A stretch of 62,978 nt of DNA, counting the filler, from Hyphochytrium catenoides (Eukaryota > Protista > Hyphochytriomycota), in NCBI GenBank assembly GCA_900088475.1. It is 7 parts of 7 records of this genome, joined end to end, with 100 filler letters (N's around TTAATTAATTAA, not from the genome) between each part and the next. Parts side by side here need not be neighbours in the genome. Positions count along the whole stretch, not along the records: positions 17,265 to 40,153 come from FLMG01001205.1; positions 40,254 to 43,999 come from FLMG01001092.1; positions 44,100 to 51,468 come from FLMG01003307.1; positions 51,569 to 59,600 come from FLMG01000168.1; 3 more parts are not named here. One strand, 5' to 3'. Positions 39,945-55,476 of this stretch are shown here, piece after piece. Every line of letters starts with the position of its first letter. The first letter of the stretch is position 1. Position numbers and translations under genes: made by a program. The notes beneath the pieces were generated by a model. It did no database searches and was not told the origin of the DNA. It was given only the letters and a program-made list of their open reading frames with translations.

Positions 39945-40153
39945 TCTCTCTACCCCTCTCGTGCGCGTTTCAGTGCCTCTTCACTACGTCCTTTTACTCT
40001 GTTGGTTCCCTGTAGTCTCTCTTCTCTTTCTGGGACGCGCACGTCTCTTAACTCCGGCTCGACTTGCCCTCCCTAGCTCTCCCTTGACCTAAAGGCTCGC
40101 CTTCCCCGTTTCTTAGGTCATTCTGCACGGAGAGACTTACGATGAGGCAGCCG
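38426..40153 (+). CDS. ILV1: Biosynthetic threonine dehydratase, 5' partial; exons 38426-38833, 39228-39333, 39773-39870, 40117-40153, truncated by scaffold end
   Basis: [23 protein letters not shown]|IRGAYNK (PLP lysine), [30 protein letters not shown]; Ser/Arg-rich targeting peptide. Confidence 0.93.
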
Positions 40154-42290
40154 NNNNNNNNNNNNNNNNNNNNNNNNNNNNNNNNNNNNNNNNNNNNTTA
40201 ATTAATTAANNNNNNNNNNNNNNNNNNNNNNNNNNNNNNNNNNNNNNNNNNNNAGAGAGAGGGAAAGAGAGATTCCTAAGTCACTCTCTCTCTCTCTCTC
40301 CCTGTATTGTTGTTCTTTCGGTTTGCGATGTCTGCCGCCAACGGATATCACCGCTTCTGCACTGCCTGTCATTTTATTATGCGAGACAAGGAGGAGGAGG
40401 AAAAAGGACATGAAAGAGTAGCAAAGGAGCGACAGAATTGGAATTAGAGACAGGGACAAAGAAGAGATGGAATATGGGGAAGACGTTATCTTTTCCTGTT
40501 GAGGAGAAAAGCTAAACACTCCCGGTTTCGACTTCTCTTTTCTTTGCGTCTCGACCCGCCATCCCTTTGCCTGGACAGCTTCTTCCCTGAGAGAACAGTT
40601 GTTGGCCTCCCTCATACTGCTTGCAGCAGGATCATTTAGGCACTCCATTATTTCTTGACAGAGCGGGCTCTGCTCCTCATTCCTTTTTTCCCTCACCTTA
40701 CTACCTTAATGAGGTTTATCTGCTTCGATTCTCAGTCTCTCCTCTTAAGCTCTCCAGCCGCATCGTGAGATAGAAAGTAGTTTACACGATGCTATGGTTC
40801 TGCTCAAAAAGCAATTGACCGAGCATCTTCTTTCGGCGGACCACCAACTAGTAGTCTAGATCAATGTTCAGGACATCAGACAACGGTGGCCAACTGGGAG
40901 GGAACGGGGAGCTGTTACGGAGATCCTTCATTGACCATACATATCTCTGCTCTTGCTGTGCTTCATCCCGTGCTATTGCTTTTCACAGGTTTCTGTGGCT
41001 CTTTCTTCGACGCCTTCTTGCTGTTCTAAAATCCCATCCGTACAGATTTCGCGGCTCCTGCTCGTTCTTGAACTCCCACTTACTTTACATTTAGCCCACC
41101 GAGTTGTAATCCCCTACTCTCCTCCTCATGCCAAGCCGCACAGCTCCGTTCCGCCTTCTATTCTTTTGTTCCCACAGAAGAGAATGGCGTCAAGCTTAAA
41201 GAAGAGAAGAAGGGAGAGAAAACAGGTCTGATGAGGTCGGTTTCTGCCAGAAGCGTTGCATGTAGTAGAAGAAGCGTGTGGCCCTGTGTTCCCCAGTGTC
41301 TTGCTGTTCCCCCTCTGCCCTACTGCTTGCGAAGTGCTCCTACAAACAGGTAGTAGCAGCGCTTCATCCCATTCCTGGCTCCGTTCTCTTTTCTCTGGTT
41401 CTCTCGTGGCACAGAGTTCTGCCCTACACCTCACTTAAATCATCAGACTACCGATAATTGGAAGAAGACCATGACTGTCGACAATGAATAAACGAAGAGA
41501 CAAAGAGAGAGACAAATTTAGCTTAAGAAAGGTACTGAGGAATGTTGCCGAATCATGTTGCCGAATTATAGAACCTATACATGAGACATGAGAGAGAGAA
41601 AGAGTGTTATCGACGAAGAGAAAGCCGACAGAAGAAGAAGGAGAGAAAAATAAGGTGATATTACACCTCATTAACGGACACATGATGGCAGACCTAGAGA
41701 GGGCGAAGAGGCAGTACGCTGAAGACTTGGCGTTGAAAGGTATTATACTAAGAAGATAGAGAGTAAGTCTGGGAGGAGGAAAAAGGACAGAAGGAAAATG
41801 AGGAAGCTTGAAGATAGAAAAGGGGACGTGGGAAACGATCAGAGGAAGATGGACACCCGCGAGCTATTGAAAAAAAAAAAACGCTGCTTTATATATACTT
41901 AGTAGCATATATATCGACAGAGAGAGAGGGAAAAGGAAAGACAGAGATTGAGACTGATGGAGGGAAGCGGCCGGATAGAGGAGGAGCAACGGTTGCGAGC
42001 GGCGGTGGCAGATGGGTATCAATAACGCGCTCTATAGGTGGGGGGTCCGGAAGGCCGTCAGGAAAAAAGCGGGAGAAGAGGATGTACCGATGGTAGCCAC
42101 TAAGCTAAGAAGATACACGACAAAAGAGGGCAGAAAGGAAAAATGTGGGGTTAGAGACATTCTGACAGAGGGTCAGAGGAAGAGTTAACTAGGGGAAGAG
42201 TTAGCTAGCAGTGAAACAGTAGTGTAGAGGGTCAAGAAAGAGCAAGTAGGAAAGGGCCTTTAAAAGCGCTACCTCAGAGAGAGAAGAGCA

Positions 42291-42499
42291 AGAAGAGGAC
42301 CGCCGTTTTAACTTGACTAAGAGATAATAGAAGAGGGCAAGAAGGAGAAAGGCAGATGCGAGATGGAATGGGAGCCCCAAGTAAGAGCTTCTGAAGAAGA
42401 GGACCGCCGTTTTAACTTGACTAAGAGATAATAGAAGAGGGCAAGAAGGAGAAAGGCAGATGGGAGATGGAATGGGAGCCCCAAGTAAGAGCTTCTGAA
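42291..42499. repeat. 104-nt tandem duplication
   Basis: AGAAGAGGACCGCCGTTTTAACTTGAC...GCTTCTGAA twice, nearly identical. Confidence 0.9.
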
Positions 42500-43109
42500 T
42501 ATAAGAGAGAATGAGAAACGGGCGAGCCGTCAGGAAGGCAGGTTCTGGCAAAGGAACGTGTCACTGTTTGTTCAGTTTGATATAATATATGAGAGAGGGT
42601 ATTGCAGGAAAAGCAGAGATCTTGAGAAGTATAAGAAAAGCAACGGCCCAGCCGGTGTACTAACGAAAAGCTCTATATAGATAACATGAATGAAGAAAAA
42701 GGCACGGTGATTAACTTCGACGGAGGGACGACCGGACAGAAGGATAGAGCAAGCAAAGAGGAGAGCCAGGCAGACGTTTGAGGAAGAAGAAAAGCAGGAA
42801 GAGGAGGACCGGAGAACAGAATGAGAAAGAGAGCAAGACAGAGAGGATGAGAATTTGTGTGTGTGGGGGACAGAGGGAGAGAGAGAGAGAGAAATTAGAG
42901 AGAGAGAGAGGTAGAGAGAGAGAAAAAGAGGTGGCAAGACGAAGGGACAGGCCGGGTCAAGGAAGGAGACGCTGCGAACTCGGAAAAGAACTGGATAAAG
43001 CAGTGAATCTATTAGCTGGAAAAACTTGAAGGCAGGCAGGCAGGAAGAAAGATAGAGGGAGAGAAGACTGAAAAGAGGGGATCGAAATGTGAGGAGTTAA
43101 GCACAGGGC

Positions 43110-43999
43110 AGCTACTTAGAAGTAGGGCAGCGGGTAAGAGGATGGGAATCGGGAAAGGGAAAAAGCAGCGCGATAAAGAATGCAGCGGGGTAGGGATTTG
43201 GTTAGCAATCGAGCTAGAGAGGATACGAGTTGGAGCGGGTTTGGCAGGTAGGTGAGCGAGTTAGCCAGCGGAATTACAAGCCGGTAAAGGAACGGGTAGA
43301 AAAGGGCAGCGGGGTAGGGAAAGGGCTCGGGATTGATAAGAGCAGCGAAAAGGGAAAGAGCAGCGGGAAAGGGAGCGGCTTAGGGTTAGCGATTGCGAGC
43401 AGAATAGGGAGGGTAAGAAAAACAGTGGGTCGGAAAAAAGCAGCGGATAAAAACAGAGCAGCGAGTAATGTATTGGATAAGAAAGGGCAGCAGGTTAGAG
43501 TTATGGCAGCGGGTTAGAGAAGTGGATTAGGGCAGTGGGTCAGGACAGTGGGTTAGGGTTAGGGTTATGATGACTGTAGGTTATGGGAGTAATTTATGGC
43601 AACGTTTATGGCAAGCGGTAACGGCAGCGGCTTATGGCAGCGATTGATGGGAAGGGATTTCGGCAGCAGGTTGTAGCAGCGGCTTAGTGTAGCTTAGAGC
43701 GGTGGGTTATGGCAGCTGGATAGGGCAGGGGATTAGAGGAGCAGCTAGGGCAACGATTTAGAGCAGCGAGTTACGACAGTGAGTTACAGCAGCGGGTAGT
43801 GAGGATAGCGGGATAATGGCGGGGCGGGTTAGGGCATTGGGTTAGGGCAGAAGGTTAGGGCAGAAGGTTAGGGCAGCAAGTTAGGGCAGCGGGTTAGGGT
43901 AGCGAGTTAAGGCAGCGGGTTCGAACAGTGGGTTAGGACAGCGGGTTGGGGTTAGGGCAGCGGGTTAGGGCAGGGGGTTAGGGCAGGGGGTTAGGGCAG
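43110..43999 (+). repeat. Degenerate telomere-like array, 13-nt unit TTAGGGCAGCGGG
   Basis: Units become more regular toward the scaffold end; a short pure TTAGGG run at ~43551-43567. Confidence 0.8.
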
Positions 44000-44256
44000 N
44001 NNNNNNNNNNNNNNNNNNNNNNNNNNNNNNNNNNNNNNNNNNNTTAATTAATTAANNNNNNNNNNNNNNNNNNNNNNNNNNNNNNNNNNNNNNNNNNNNG
44101 CGCCAACAGCCCAAACTCCAGGGGTACTTTGAGCACTACACGCCGTTTTCATAGAAGGAATTTATCGTCTGACAGTCCCTTGTTTCGAGCCAAATTTGCT
44201 GACTGTAGAACTACAGTATAAAAAGTGAATACGGATGACAGGAGATAAAAAAAGAT

Positions 44257-44328
44257 TGGACTTTGGGGGGATTGAACCCCCGGCCTTCTGCGTGCAAAGC
44301 AGACGCGCTACCACTGCGCCAAAAGCCC
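44257..44328 (-). tRNA. tRNA-Ala (anticodon UGC)
   Basis: 72-nt cloverleaf: acceptor GGGCTTT/AAAGTCC with G3:U70, anticodon arm TCTGC-TTTGCAC-GCAGA, T arm GGGGG-TTCAATC-CCCCC; downstream T-run Pol III terminator. Confidence 0.96.
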
Positions 44329-45837
44329 TGCTTGATGCTTTGATGGTAACAATCCCTCCTAATAGGTTGCTGCTCATTGCATCACAGCTCCATGGTTGCG
44401 TCAGTCCTTGAAAGTGCACACCAGACAGCCGCGCGCCTCTTCCTCAAAACTCTGAAAGCCATCAGGTCTACAGATTTCCAGGCAAAAGGAAGAGAGAGAT
44501 TTGCGTTCCACACACCAGGCCATCATCAGAGGAGTAGCGTCCTGCTGGAACAGAGATACCGTTATGGAACCTTACCCACCTTTCCTTCGACTTCACTCCT
44601 CAGAAGTGGAGGTGACGTGATAGGAGAAGAGTTCCAAAAGCTGGTGGTTATGAGTCAGAAGGGATACGGTGGCGCTGGAAGAAGGAAGCTGAGTTACTCA
44701 GAGAGTGAGATTCTTTAGGAGCACAATCAGTACCACAGATGCAGCCAGTATGGGCCAGGGATGGGTCACAACGAGAGCATAGTTCTACTGTGCTATCTGC
44801 TTAGCGCACAGCTTACGGCTACTCAATGACGACTTCCCTGGTGGAAGCCTGACCTCTCTCTGTTCTTCCCACGGTTGGGACCCGCGACCTGACATCGGAC
44901 AAAAGCAACACTACCTCATTCCCACCATTTGTAGCAGATTATGGTAGCTACCGTCAATGGCCCTGCGGCGGTCTGTGTAGGTTAGGAACCCTCCATGAAT
45001 AGTCCTCTTGAGCCCTCGGGAAGATGGTCAAGCACAATTCGATGGTCAAAGTCGATCATTCACTTGATAAATAGTTTGCCGCCGGTAGGAGTGAGGTTTG
45101 GGGGTCTAACGGACCCTGTCATCTCATGTTAAATAAAGCTCGATTATGGTGCGAGGCGGATAGTTAATCAGTCTTAAGCCTAGCAGCTGGGAGTGGAGGG
45201 ACAATCATCAGTGTGAGTTTACGCATTGGGTTAGCTCTTGGAAGGCTTAGGGGGCACACAGAGACGATGCGTAGCCGCGTTTGGCGTAACCCTACAAATC
45301 ATTGACAGCACTGACACGGGGACTTTTCACCGACACTACCAAGTCCAGCATGACCAATGGCATCATGATGAGCTGCACAAGGTAAGGTCCGAGGACAACT
45401 CTTGCAGGGTGAGGAGCTTGATAATGTGAACTTTCCGCCTCCTTCGGCTACGGACTTGTAGTCAAACAGTTTGATAGGAAAGGATTCCGGAATTGTTTTG
45501 TCAAGTACGGGATGACGACCTTTGTCCCTTCAGCTCTTGAAGAAGCCCTTAGATCGTCCTTAGCCCAAAAGGAGGGAAGGTGGGGGTGCGGGAGGCAATG
45601 CCCCAGGGACGTTGGGGTCACCCGGCATGGGTTCCAGCCTTAAATTCATAGAAGACAGCGCGAATCAATGCAAAAAAGAGAGAACGGATGGGCAGGTTTA
45701 GGTATTGGTCTATCGCTCCAGATGCCTCAGGCCATTGGGAGAAAGCCAGGAGAGAGTGTGCGAGGAGTACAAGGTGGTGGAGACGCTTAGTAACAAAACT
45801 GATAATAGTTTCAGCCAGGCCGAGTAAAAGGACTTAC

Positions 45838-47278
45838 CGTGCCGACGTTTGTATCGTCTGATAAAGAGCTTCACTGCGTTTTTTCTCCGCTTCCAGATCT
45901 GCTTTAACGCTGAACAAGTCACTAGATACTTGGTTAAGGTGAACCTGCTTGGCCGCAAGCTGGCGCTCTAACTCTTGCTTCTCCTGCGCCACTTTCTCCA
46001 TTCTCCTGCCGAAGACAAAGAGTGACGTACAGAGTTAGACGTAGCTGCAAGAATCGTAACAATAGAATGGCCATATATCGTACTTCTCTGCATTCGCGAG
46101 GCTGCGAACATACTCCTCTTTCTCATCACGTACTTGCTCTATCTTCCTCTCTTTCCCTAGCAATTACCGCGCGGAAAGGTATTTTCCAGTCAGCTAACGT
46201 CAGTGGCTTCAAGGATTGCATAGGATTGCTGGCTTCTACCTTTTAGTTCTAACGCATGCTCCTCCTGTAGTATCACTAGGCGTTGCGTTAGCTCTTTGAC
46301 CTTGCCCTCAAGCTGCTGCTTGGCGTTCTGCACGGCGTGATCTTTCTCTAGCCGATGGCGTTTTTCAATCACCTCCAACGCGTGTTTACATTCGGCTAGC
46401 TCATCGGTTCTTCGAGCAAGATCAGCTTTAAGTTCCTGATGTTGAGCTTGAAGTTCTGCATTTGCAGCCTTCGCTTGCTGCAGCTCTCCATCTCGTTCGA
46501 GTAGCTTTTGGCTGGTAGCTGAGTGCTCACCTTGTAGCGCCGCGAGACTTTGTTGACTGCCGGCAAGGGATTGAGCTAAAGTTGTTTCTGTCTCTTCGAG
46601 TTGAGCAATTCTGCAGTTTGCTGCCGCCAAAGATTGCTCTAATTTGCTGATTCTCTCCTTATCTTCCTCTTTCTCCTTCTGGAAAGCAGCCTTTGAGACT
46701 TCAAACTCTTTCCGTGCTTCTTCAAGCCGCGCTTGGTGCTCCACCGCCGTAGTTCGGGCTGTCTCTAATAGTGAGAGAGTGGACTGTAGCTCTTGTCTTA
46801 GGCCAGCCATCGAGTTGGGCATTGGCGGTGCAGCACCACGCTTTGACGTGGAAGTGGCGCCAGCTCTCGGATTCTGAGTCTCAGCTTTGGAAGTTGTGGC
46901 AGAGAGCGAAGGGGACGGAGCTGACGGTGGCGGTGAAGGGCCTGCTTTTCTCGTCCTAGCTGGTGAAGCCTTAGTAGAGGCGAGCTGTCTCAAAGGAGTC
47001 CTAGCAGGGGAGGCTCGGGAAAGAGAGCTTCTGGAATTGGGAACTGGAGACCTTGATCCCATAGAGGACGAGGGCTGAGCTAGGCGGGACATCTTGCTCT
47101 TCTGGTCTCGTGCTCCAGCTCGTTGCGGTGTTGCTGACGGTTCCTTTATATTGAGAGAGAGGCCTGAAGCTCTGGCTTTTGAAGGCGTTTCCGAGGTCGT
47201 CTGCGCCGTCATTTCTTCCTTTAGGCTCTTGGCCACTCTCACAGCTATGAACCCAGAATGTTTCCGCGAATGCAGCAC
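45838..47278 (-). CDS. Coiled-coil protein of unknown function with S/P/R-rich N-terminus; start and 3' exons unresolved
   Basis: 362-aa ORF with heptad-like E/Q/L/A region; splices to a further helical exon ~45838-46005 (MEKVAQEKQELERQL) that ends at GTAAGT. Confidence 0.65.
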
Positions 47279-47923
47279 AGCTCACGCCCAACTAGCTTAG
47301 CGCTGTGCCTATGAACAAGTCATTGATCTCCAGCTTCGGCCCTCTTCAAACGTGCAATTCTCGTCCAGACCTGAAGGATCGTAGGCCAAGGAGTCTCTCT
47401 CTTGCGGGAGGATATGGCATGTCAAAATGTCCGAGGAGCAAGCATGAAGAGCTTCGTCCGCTGTCTCTCAAGTCTCAAGCCGCCTCGCACTGCTCATCAT
47501 CCCATGGAATGCACGAGAGAGAGAGGCGAGAGAGACAGAGATGTGATCAGTGAGAGAGGAGGAACGAGGAGGGAGGAGTTGTTGACGATAACGAGGGAAG
47601 AAGATATGCACAGACCAAGCCGAAACCGTGGCAAAACTCAGATTTGACATTTCTTAATTTACATTCTTGTACCACTTATTGGTATTTTGACAGCCTCCCC
47701 CCAAAGCTGCTGTAGCCCTTTGCATTGTGAAACGCTAAATATTTGACAATAATTTACTTTTTGCCAAATATAGTCATAGTGGAAGATCAATAACGGCTAC
47801 TGTACGAATGTTATTTTCGGTCATCAGCGGAGAGAGAGAGAGAAGAGGAGGAGGAAGGAGCAGAGGGCAAATGAGAGAGATGAAGAGGGTCCAAGAGTAG
47901 GAGGAGGGAGGAGCCAGAGCGGG

Positions 47924-47983
47924 AGGTGCCAGAGAGCGTGGGTGCCAGAGAGCGTGGGTGCCAGAGAGCGTGGGTGCCAGAGA
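47924..47983. repeat. 16-nt minisatellite GGTGCCAGAGAGCGTG x~3.7
   Basis: Direct reading. Confidence 0.85.
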
Positions 47984-48777
47984 GAGAGGAAGAGAGAAGT
48001 TGGGAAGCGAGAGAGAAGCTGCAATGTAAAGGAGTAGGAGAGAGAGAGAGGAGGTGCAGGAGAGAGAGAGACAGAGAAGAAGTGGGAGGAGGGAGAGAGC
48101 GAGGCGGGAGCGCATGGTAGGGCGGGCCAAGCGGAGCTTGAGATAGAATATACTATAGCAATGGTGACAAGATGTTCCGCTCACTCCTCTTCTTCACCTT
48201 ACGGTCAGTCGTCAGTCGCGGGAATCAGTGATGGAAAGATAGAGATGTTGTGCCGTATGTCGGAGAACGAAACCTTGCGTACAGCAAGGGAAATAGCAGA
48301 GGTGAAAGAGAGCTTCGCGCTATGAGGGTAGATTTTTAGTCCTGTCGGCCTTCGACAGCCAAGTTGTGCGGAGGCTCAAACGTTACTACGAGCTGGCGCT
48401 TGTCATACGTGACTCATACGAAGGCTTAACAGAGACTCTGATCGCCTCTGCATTTCCCTGTTCTTCATCGTTGGCTTCGACATGCATTGGCAGCATGGCT
48501 GGTAGTTCGAGGAGTACCAGGAGCCAGCGGCGCCACGTCGGAACAATCAATGACATGCGGTTGATCGGAGGTTATTAGAATAGAAGCTCTGCCTATTTGA
48601 CGTGACATAATAGACCTGACTGGCTCATAAGTCCTTCTCTGGGTGCATCTGTCCCACACTCTGCCCAATCACTGCCGCATCTTACCCATCTAGTCGCGCT
48701 TATATGAGAACTAGAGGGAGGAGAAGAGAGGAAGAAGGAGAGAGAAAGAACAGAAGCAACGGGAAGAAGGGAGTTGC

Positions 48778-51150
<2,373 letters not shown>

Positions 51151-51568
51151 TCTCTATAAACTGGAGCTCAGCAGCTGGCGTCGGCGCTAGCAGTGAACTT
51201 CAGTGAGGTTGGGCTAGCGGGAATCAAGACAGCGAAGATATCGGAGTGATATAAGCGTTGAGCTCGTGCTAGTTTCCACGTTGTCTCATGTCAGATACCT
51301 GGAGAAAGCGGATGCAAACAAGAGGAGCGGCTGGCTCTCAGTAGAACGTTTGTGCGTCGTCTATTAGTCCGTCTACTGTCTCTTCTTCAGTCTCTCTCTC
51401 TCTCTCTGTCCTTCTCTCTCGCTTCCCTATCCTTCCTCGTTCTATTTCCAGCTCTGTTGATTGCCAAANNNNNNNNNNNNNNNNNNNNNNNNNNNNNNNN
51501 NNNNNNNNNNNNTTAATTAATTAANNNNNNNNNNNNNNNNNNNNNNNNNNNNNNNNNNNNNNNNNNNN

Positions 51569-52420
51569 TTGTATAATAACTTCTTGATCTTTGAGCGTTG
51601 TTCCACCGTAGCCACGAGCAACCGTCACCCGGAGATAGTAACTGAGGTACCAACATCAACAATATCTTAGCGTTAAGAGAGTGCGCTCGAGTAGGAAAAA
51701 AAAGAAAGAGACACTGCCAAGACAAACAAGGAAGGCAAGTGAAACAGGAGCTACAGAGAGACAGCCCATGATAGAAATAGGAGAAAGACGGAGCATGTCT
51801 CACCGCACAGTACAAGCGTCTCCAAAGTATGACTCGTACTGCAAGCTTTGCTGTGAAGACTTATCGAGGGCAAACTCGAATGGAAATGACTGCAGAAGCA
51901 GAAAAATAGACAATCTCAGTCTGGACAGCAGAGACGAAAGGGAAAGATGTGGAGCAAGAGAGAGAGAAAGAGAGCGAAGACGGGAGACACAGAGGGTCCG
52001 AAGAGAGGGACACACATGAACAAGAAAAATAGAGACCCGAAGAGAGAGAGAAGGATACCTTTGTCCCCTCCATGACTCCCTGAGGCTCCAGCTCCAAGGC
52101 CACAGGTCCGAAGCAGGTCTGCGGAGAGAGTCGATCCCCAATAATCTCTACAAAGAGAGAGAGAGAGCAGGCAAAAGAGCCCACGCTAAGCAAGGCAAAA
52201 GCATCTCGGCGGCCAGCGAGCAAGCAGAAGAAAGAGAGCAATGATCTCTGCACCTAGATCCCCGATAAGCTCGACTTTTACGCCTTGATGGTCCATTTTC
52301 TTCCCTGCAGGGACCGTGATGACGATATCCCCAGCTATTGCTTCAGAAGTAAGATAGATAGGGACATGTTGTCCTTCTAAATAGACGAGGAGCAGGTACA
52401 AGAAGAGANNNNNNNNNNNN

Positions 52421-52455
<35 letters not shown>

Positions 52456-52810
52456 GAAAGCGAGAGGAAAAGAGAAAAAGGAAAGAGACACAGGAAAAGA
52501 GAGGGACAGAGAGACCAAGAGAGAGTTATTAGCGCTACTAGACGTCAACTTAAGAGAAAGATAGAACCTTTAGGTCAAGGCAGAGAGAGATAGAGAGACA
52601 AGTCACCAAAAGACTTGGCCAGGAGGAAGATTTTGCTTATTGCAGGGGAAAACATGTTCTATCAGACAGATGCTTGCTAACAGGAATGGGGAGGAGAAAG
52701 GATTAACGGAACATGGAGAGAGAGAGAGCATCTGGATGTCTATATGTGGATGAGTATGTGAGAGAGAGAGAGCAGAACGAGCGTGCGAGCGGAGAGAGAA
52801 AGAAAGAAAA

Positions 52811-52880
<70 letters not shown>

Positions 52881-53185
52881 TGAGAGAGAGAAAGGAAAAG
52901 AGAGCAGCAGGGTTTAGCAGAAGATGGGCGGCGTGAGGAGTGAGGGGTTAAGGGGGAGACAGAGAGGAAGAGAGTTCATCGAGTTTCGGCAGTAGATCTG
53001 GAGCCTATGTCTTTGCTTACCCTCACCGTAGGGAAGGAGAGAAAGAAACGAGAAAGAGAGACGGAGAAAGAGGCGTCGAGAGAGCACTCACCTTTGCAGT
53101 CTCTGGTGGGGCAGAGTCCTTGAGGTCTCTTCTCGTTGTCCTGCAGCTCTATCGCTATGGTCGGGGCACTGCCGAAGGAGAACAT
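51569..53185 (-). CDS. VPS26: VPS26-family retromer subunit, 5' partial (truncated at scaffold edge)
   Basis: Exons MFSFGSAPTIAIEL, PIYLTSEAIAGDIVITVPAGKKMDHQGVKVELIG, ELEPQG, SFPFEF..QYESYFG, YYLRVTVARGY. Confidence 0.8.
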
Positions 53186-53513
53186 GCTCAGCCCTCGGCC
53201 TGAGAATCCACGCTGCAGAGAAAGAAGTGCAAGAGAGACGGGGGAAAGGAGCTAAGCCATAGGAGGCAACCTAAACAGGAGGAGAACAGGCCCTGATTCT
53301 CTCTCGTTCAAGGGGAAAAGAGAGAGAAAGAGAGACGACACAGGGTAAGAGAGAGGGGAAAGGAAGAGAGGAGGCAGGTGAAAAGACGGAAGGAGGAATG
53401 ATAGAAAGAAAGAAGATGGAAAAAGTGATCCGCAGGACGCTATAAGCGAGAAGGAAGGACACCAGGACAACGTGGGAGAAGAGCTAGAAGCTGTTCCTGA
53501 ATTATACGGGCAA

Positions 53514-53559
<46 letters not shown>

Positions 53560-54715
53560 AACAGGGAGAGAGACAGACAGACAGAGAGAGAGAGAGACAG
53601 GGAGAGAGACAAAGGGCATGTGCAATGATCTCAGCAAACACGGACAGACAGAAGAGAGAATAAAAGAAGCAGCGAGCGAGAGGAGAAGAGACAAGAGAGA
53701 GATACTAGGGAAGAGATAGGGAGGAAGGGAAGAAGGGGGAAAGGACTCTTGGGATTCTATCTCAACCTTCAGTCTCTCCATGCTCCTGGTGCTGCTTCGC
53801 TTCGGCCTCTGATAATCGTCTCTGTCTCGAGCTCTTCAAAGGCAGAGACCAAGTGACAGCTCAGCAGCCTCCACCTGCAGTCTCTCTTTTCTCTTCTCTG
53901 TGTATGTCTCTGTCTCTGGCTGTCTCTCTCTCTCTCTCTCTCTCCCTCTGTCTCTTCCGCTCTCATGTGTCTCTCCTGTCAGAATCTTCATTGCTGTTGC
54001 CTCATTCGGTCTGCAATCTACGGAACCAAAACAAGCGTGTAGCATTATTCTCGTGCAGGAATCGTGTTTCAATTTTCTATGGTAGATCGATTACCTCTCA
54101 TTGGTCTCATTGAAGAATAATCGCAGCTGTTTAGGGTTATTTTCGGGAATATAGAGATAATTTGGTCATGGCCTACTTCTTATTTAGAGAAATAACTTCG
54201 TTGTTTATCTCCTCTTTCTCTCTCTCTCCTCCCCCTCCCCTCCTCTTCCTCTCTCTCCTCTCCTCCTCTCTCTCTCCTTCATTCTCTCTCTCTCTCTCAC
54301 TCTCTCTCTCATATTCTCTCTCTCCCTTTCCGTCTTTGATGTGCTCTTCAAAGCTCAGGTCCCTGTGCTGTTGATTAGGTGTTACTGGGCATAATAACTA
54401 GCGCAGTGCCCCACTGCGCTCCAGAAAATCGCTTGCGACCTATTATCGGAGGAATAATAAGGGAGAAGAGAGAAGGAAAGAGTCGTACGATGGAAGAAGA
54501 ACTTAAGGGGATGCAGTCGTCCGGACCTAGAGGCTGCAAGGGATGGTTCATAGATGAGGAGGAACCTGAAGGTTGAGGAGAAACGTGGTGTTTCTAATGG
54601 AACTCTAAAAGAGAGATGTCCCGCTCGCAGCTCTCTCTCTCTCGCTTCGATCCCTCTCTCCTACTGGCTCTCGTTCTCTCTTGTTATTCTCCCGCCTGTC
54701 ATGTTCGCTTCTACA

Positions 54716-55437
54716 TTAAGCAGATGCTGGTGCTGACGCTTTCTTTGCCTCCTTGACTAACTCCAGCACCGTCACGAAGAGCTTCTTGGCGTTCATTTCC
54801 TACCAGCCAAGCAAACAAACAGTTGAGACGACTCAATGCTTTTCCCAGCTCTTGCTTTGCTCATAAAAAGTCACTGTCCAGAATTTCTGTGCATATGCCT
54901 CTTTCTCTCTTTCTCTCTCTCTCTCCCTCTCTCGTCTCTGTCCGCTGTCTTCTCTGTCTCTCTTCCATGCCCTTTAGTCGCCTTCTCTTTGTCCTACTAG
55001 CCTCTTGCTTTCTCTCTTTCTCTCTCTCTCTCCCTCTCTCGTCTCTGTCCGCTGTCTTCTCTGTCTCTCTTCCATGCCCTTTAGTCGCCCTCTCTTTGTC
55101 CTACTAGCCTCTTGCTTTCTCTCTTAACTTCCTCCCTTCTAGGCCTAGTATTTCTACCCTTCCTCAACCGTCAATAGCCCTGGACATTACCTGATCGTCG
55201 TACTCTCTCTCCACGAGCCTGAGGATGTCTCCCTTCATCCTCTTTCCACAGAGAAGACGGAATCGAGTTTTCTCGTCCTTTGTCAAGGAAAGCTCTGATA
55301 TATCGACCTATGAGATGAGATACCAAGATATCTGGTGTCACTATGGGTTTCTAAGAGAAACGTGGGGCAACAGAGAGAGAGAGAAAGAGGGAGACACACA
55401 GAGAGAGTCACAAAGAGAGGGAGAGAGAGAAAAGACG

Positions 55438-55476
<39 letters not shown>

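Noticed and set aside
40300-41700. Short ORFs on scaffold D
   Set aside because: No recognisable domain or consistent splice model.
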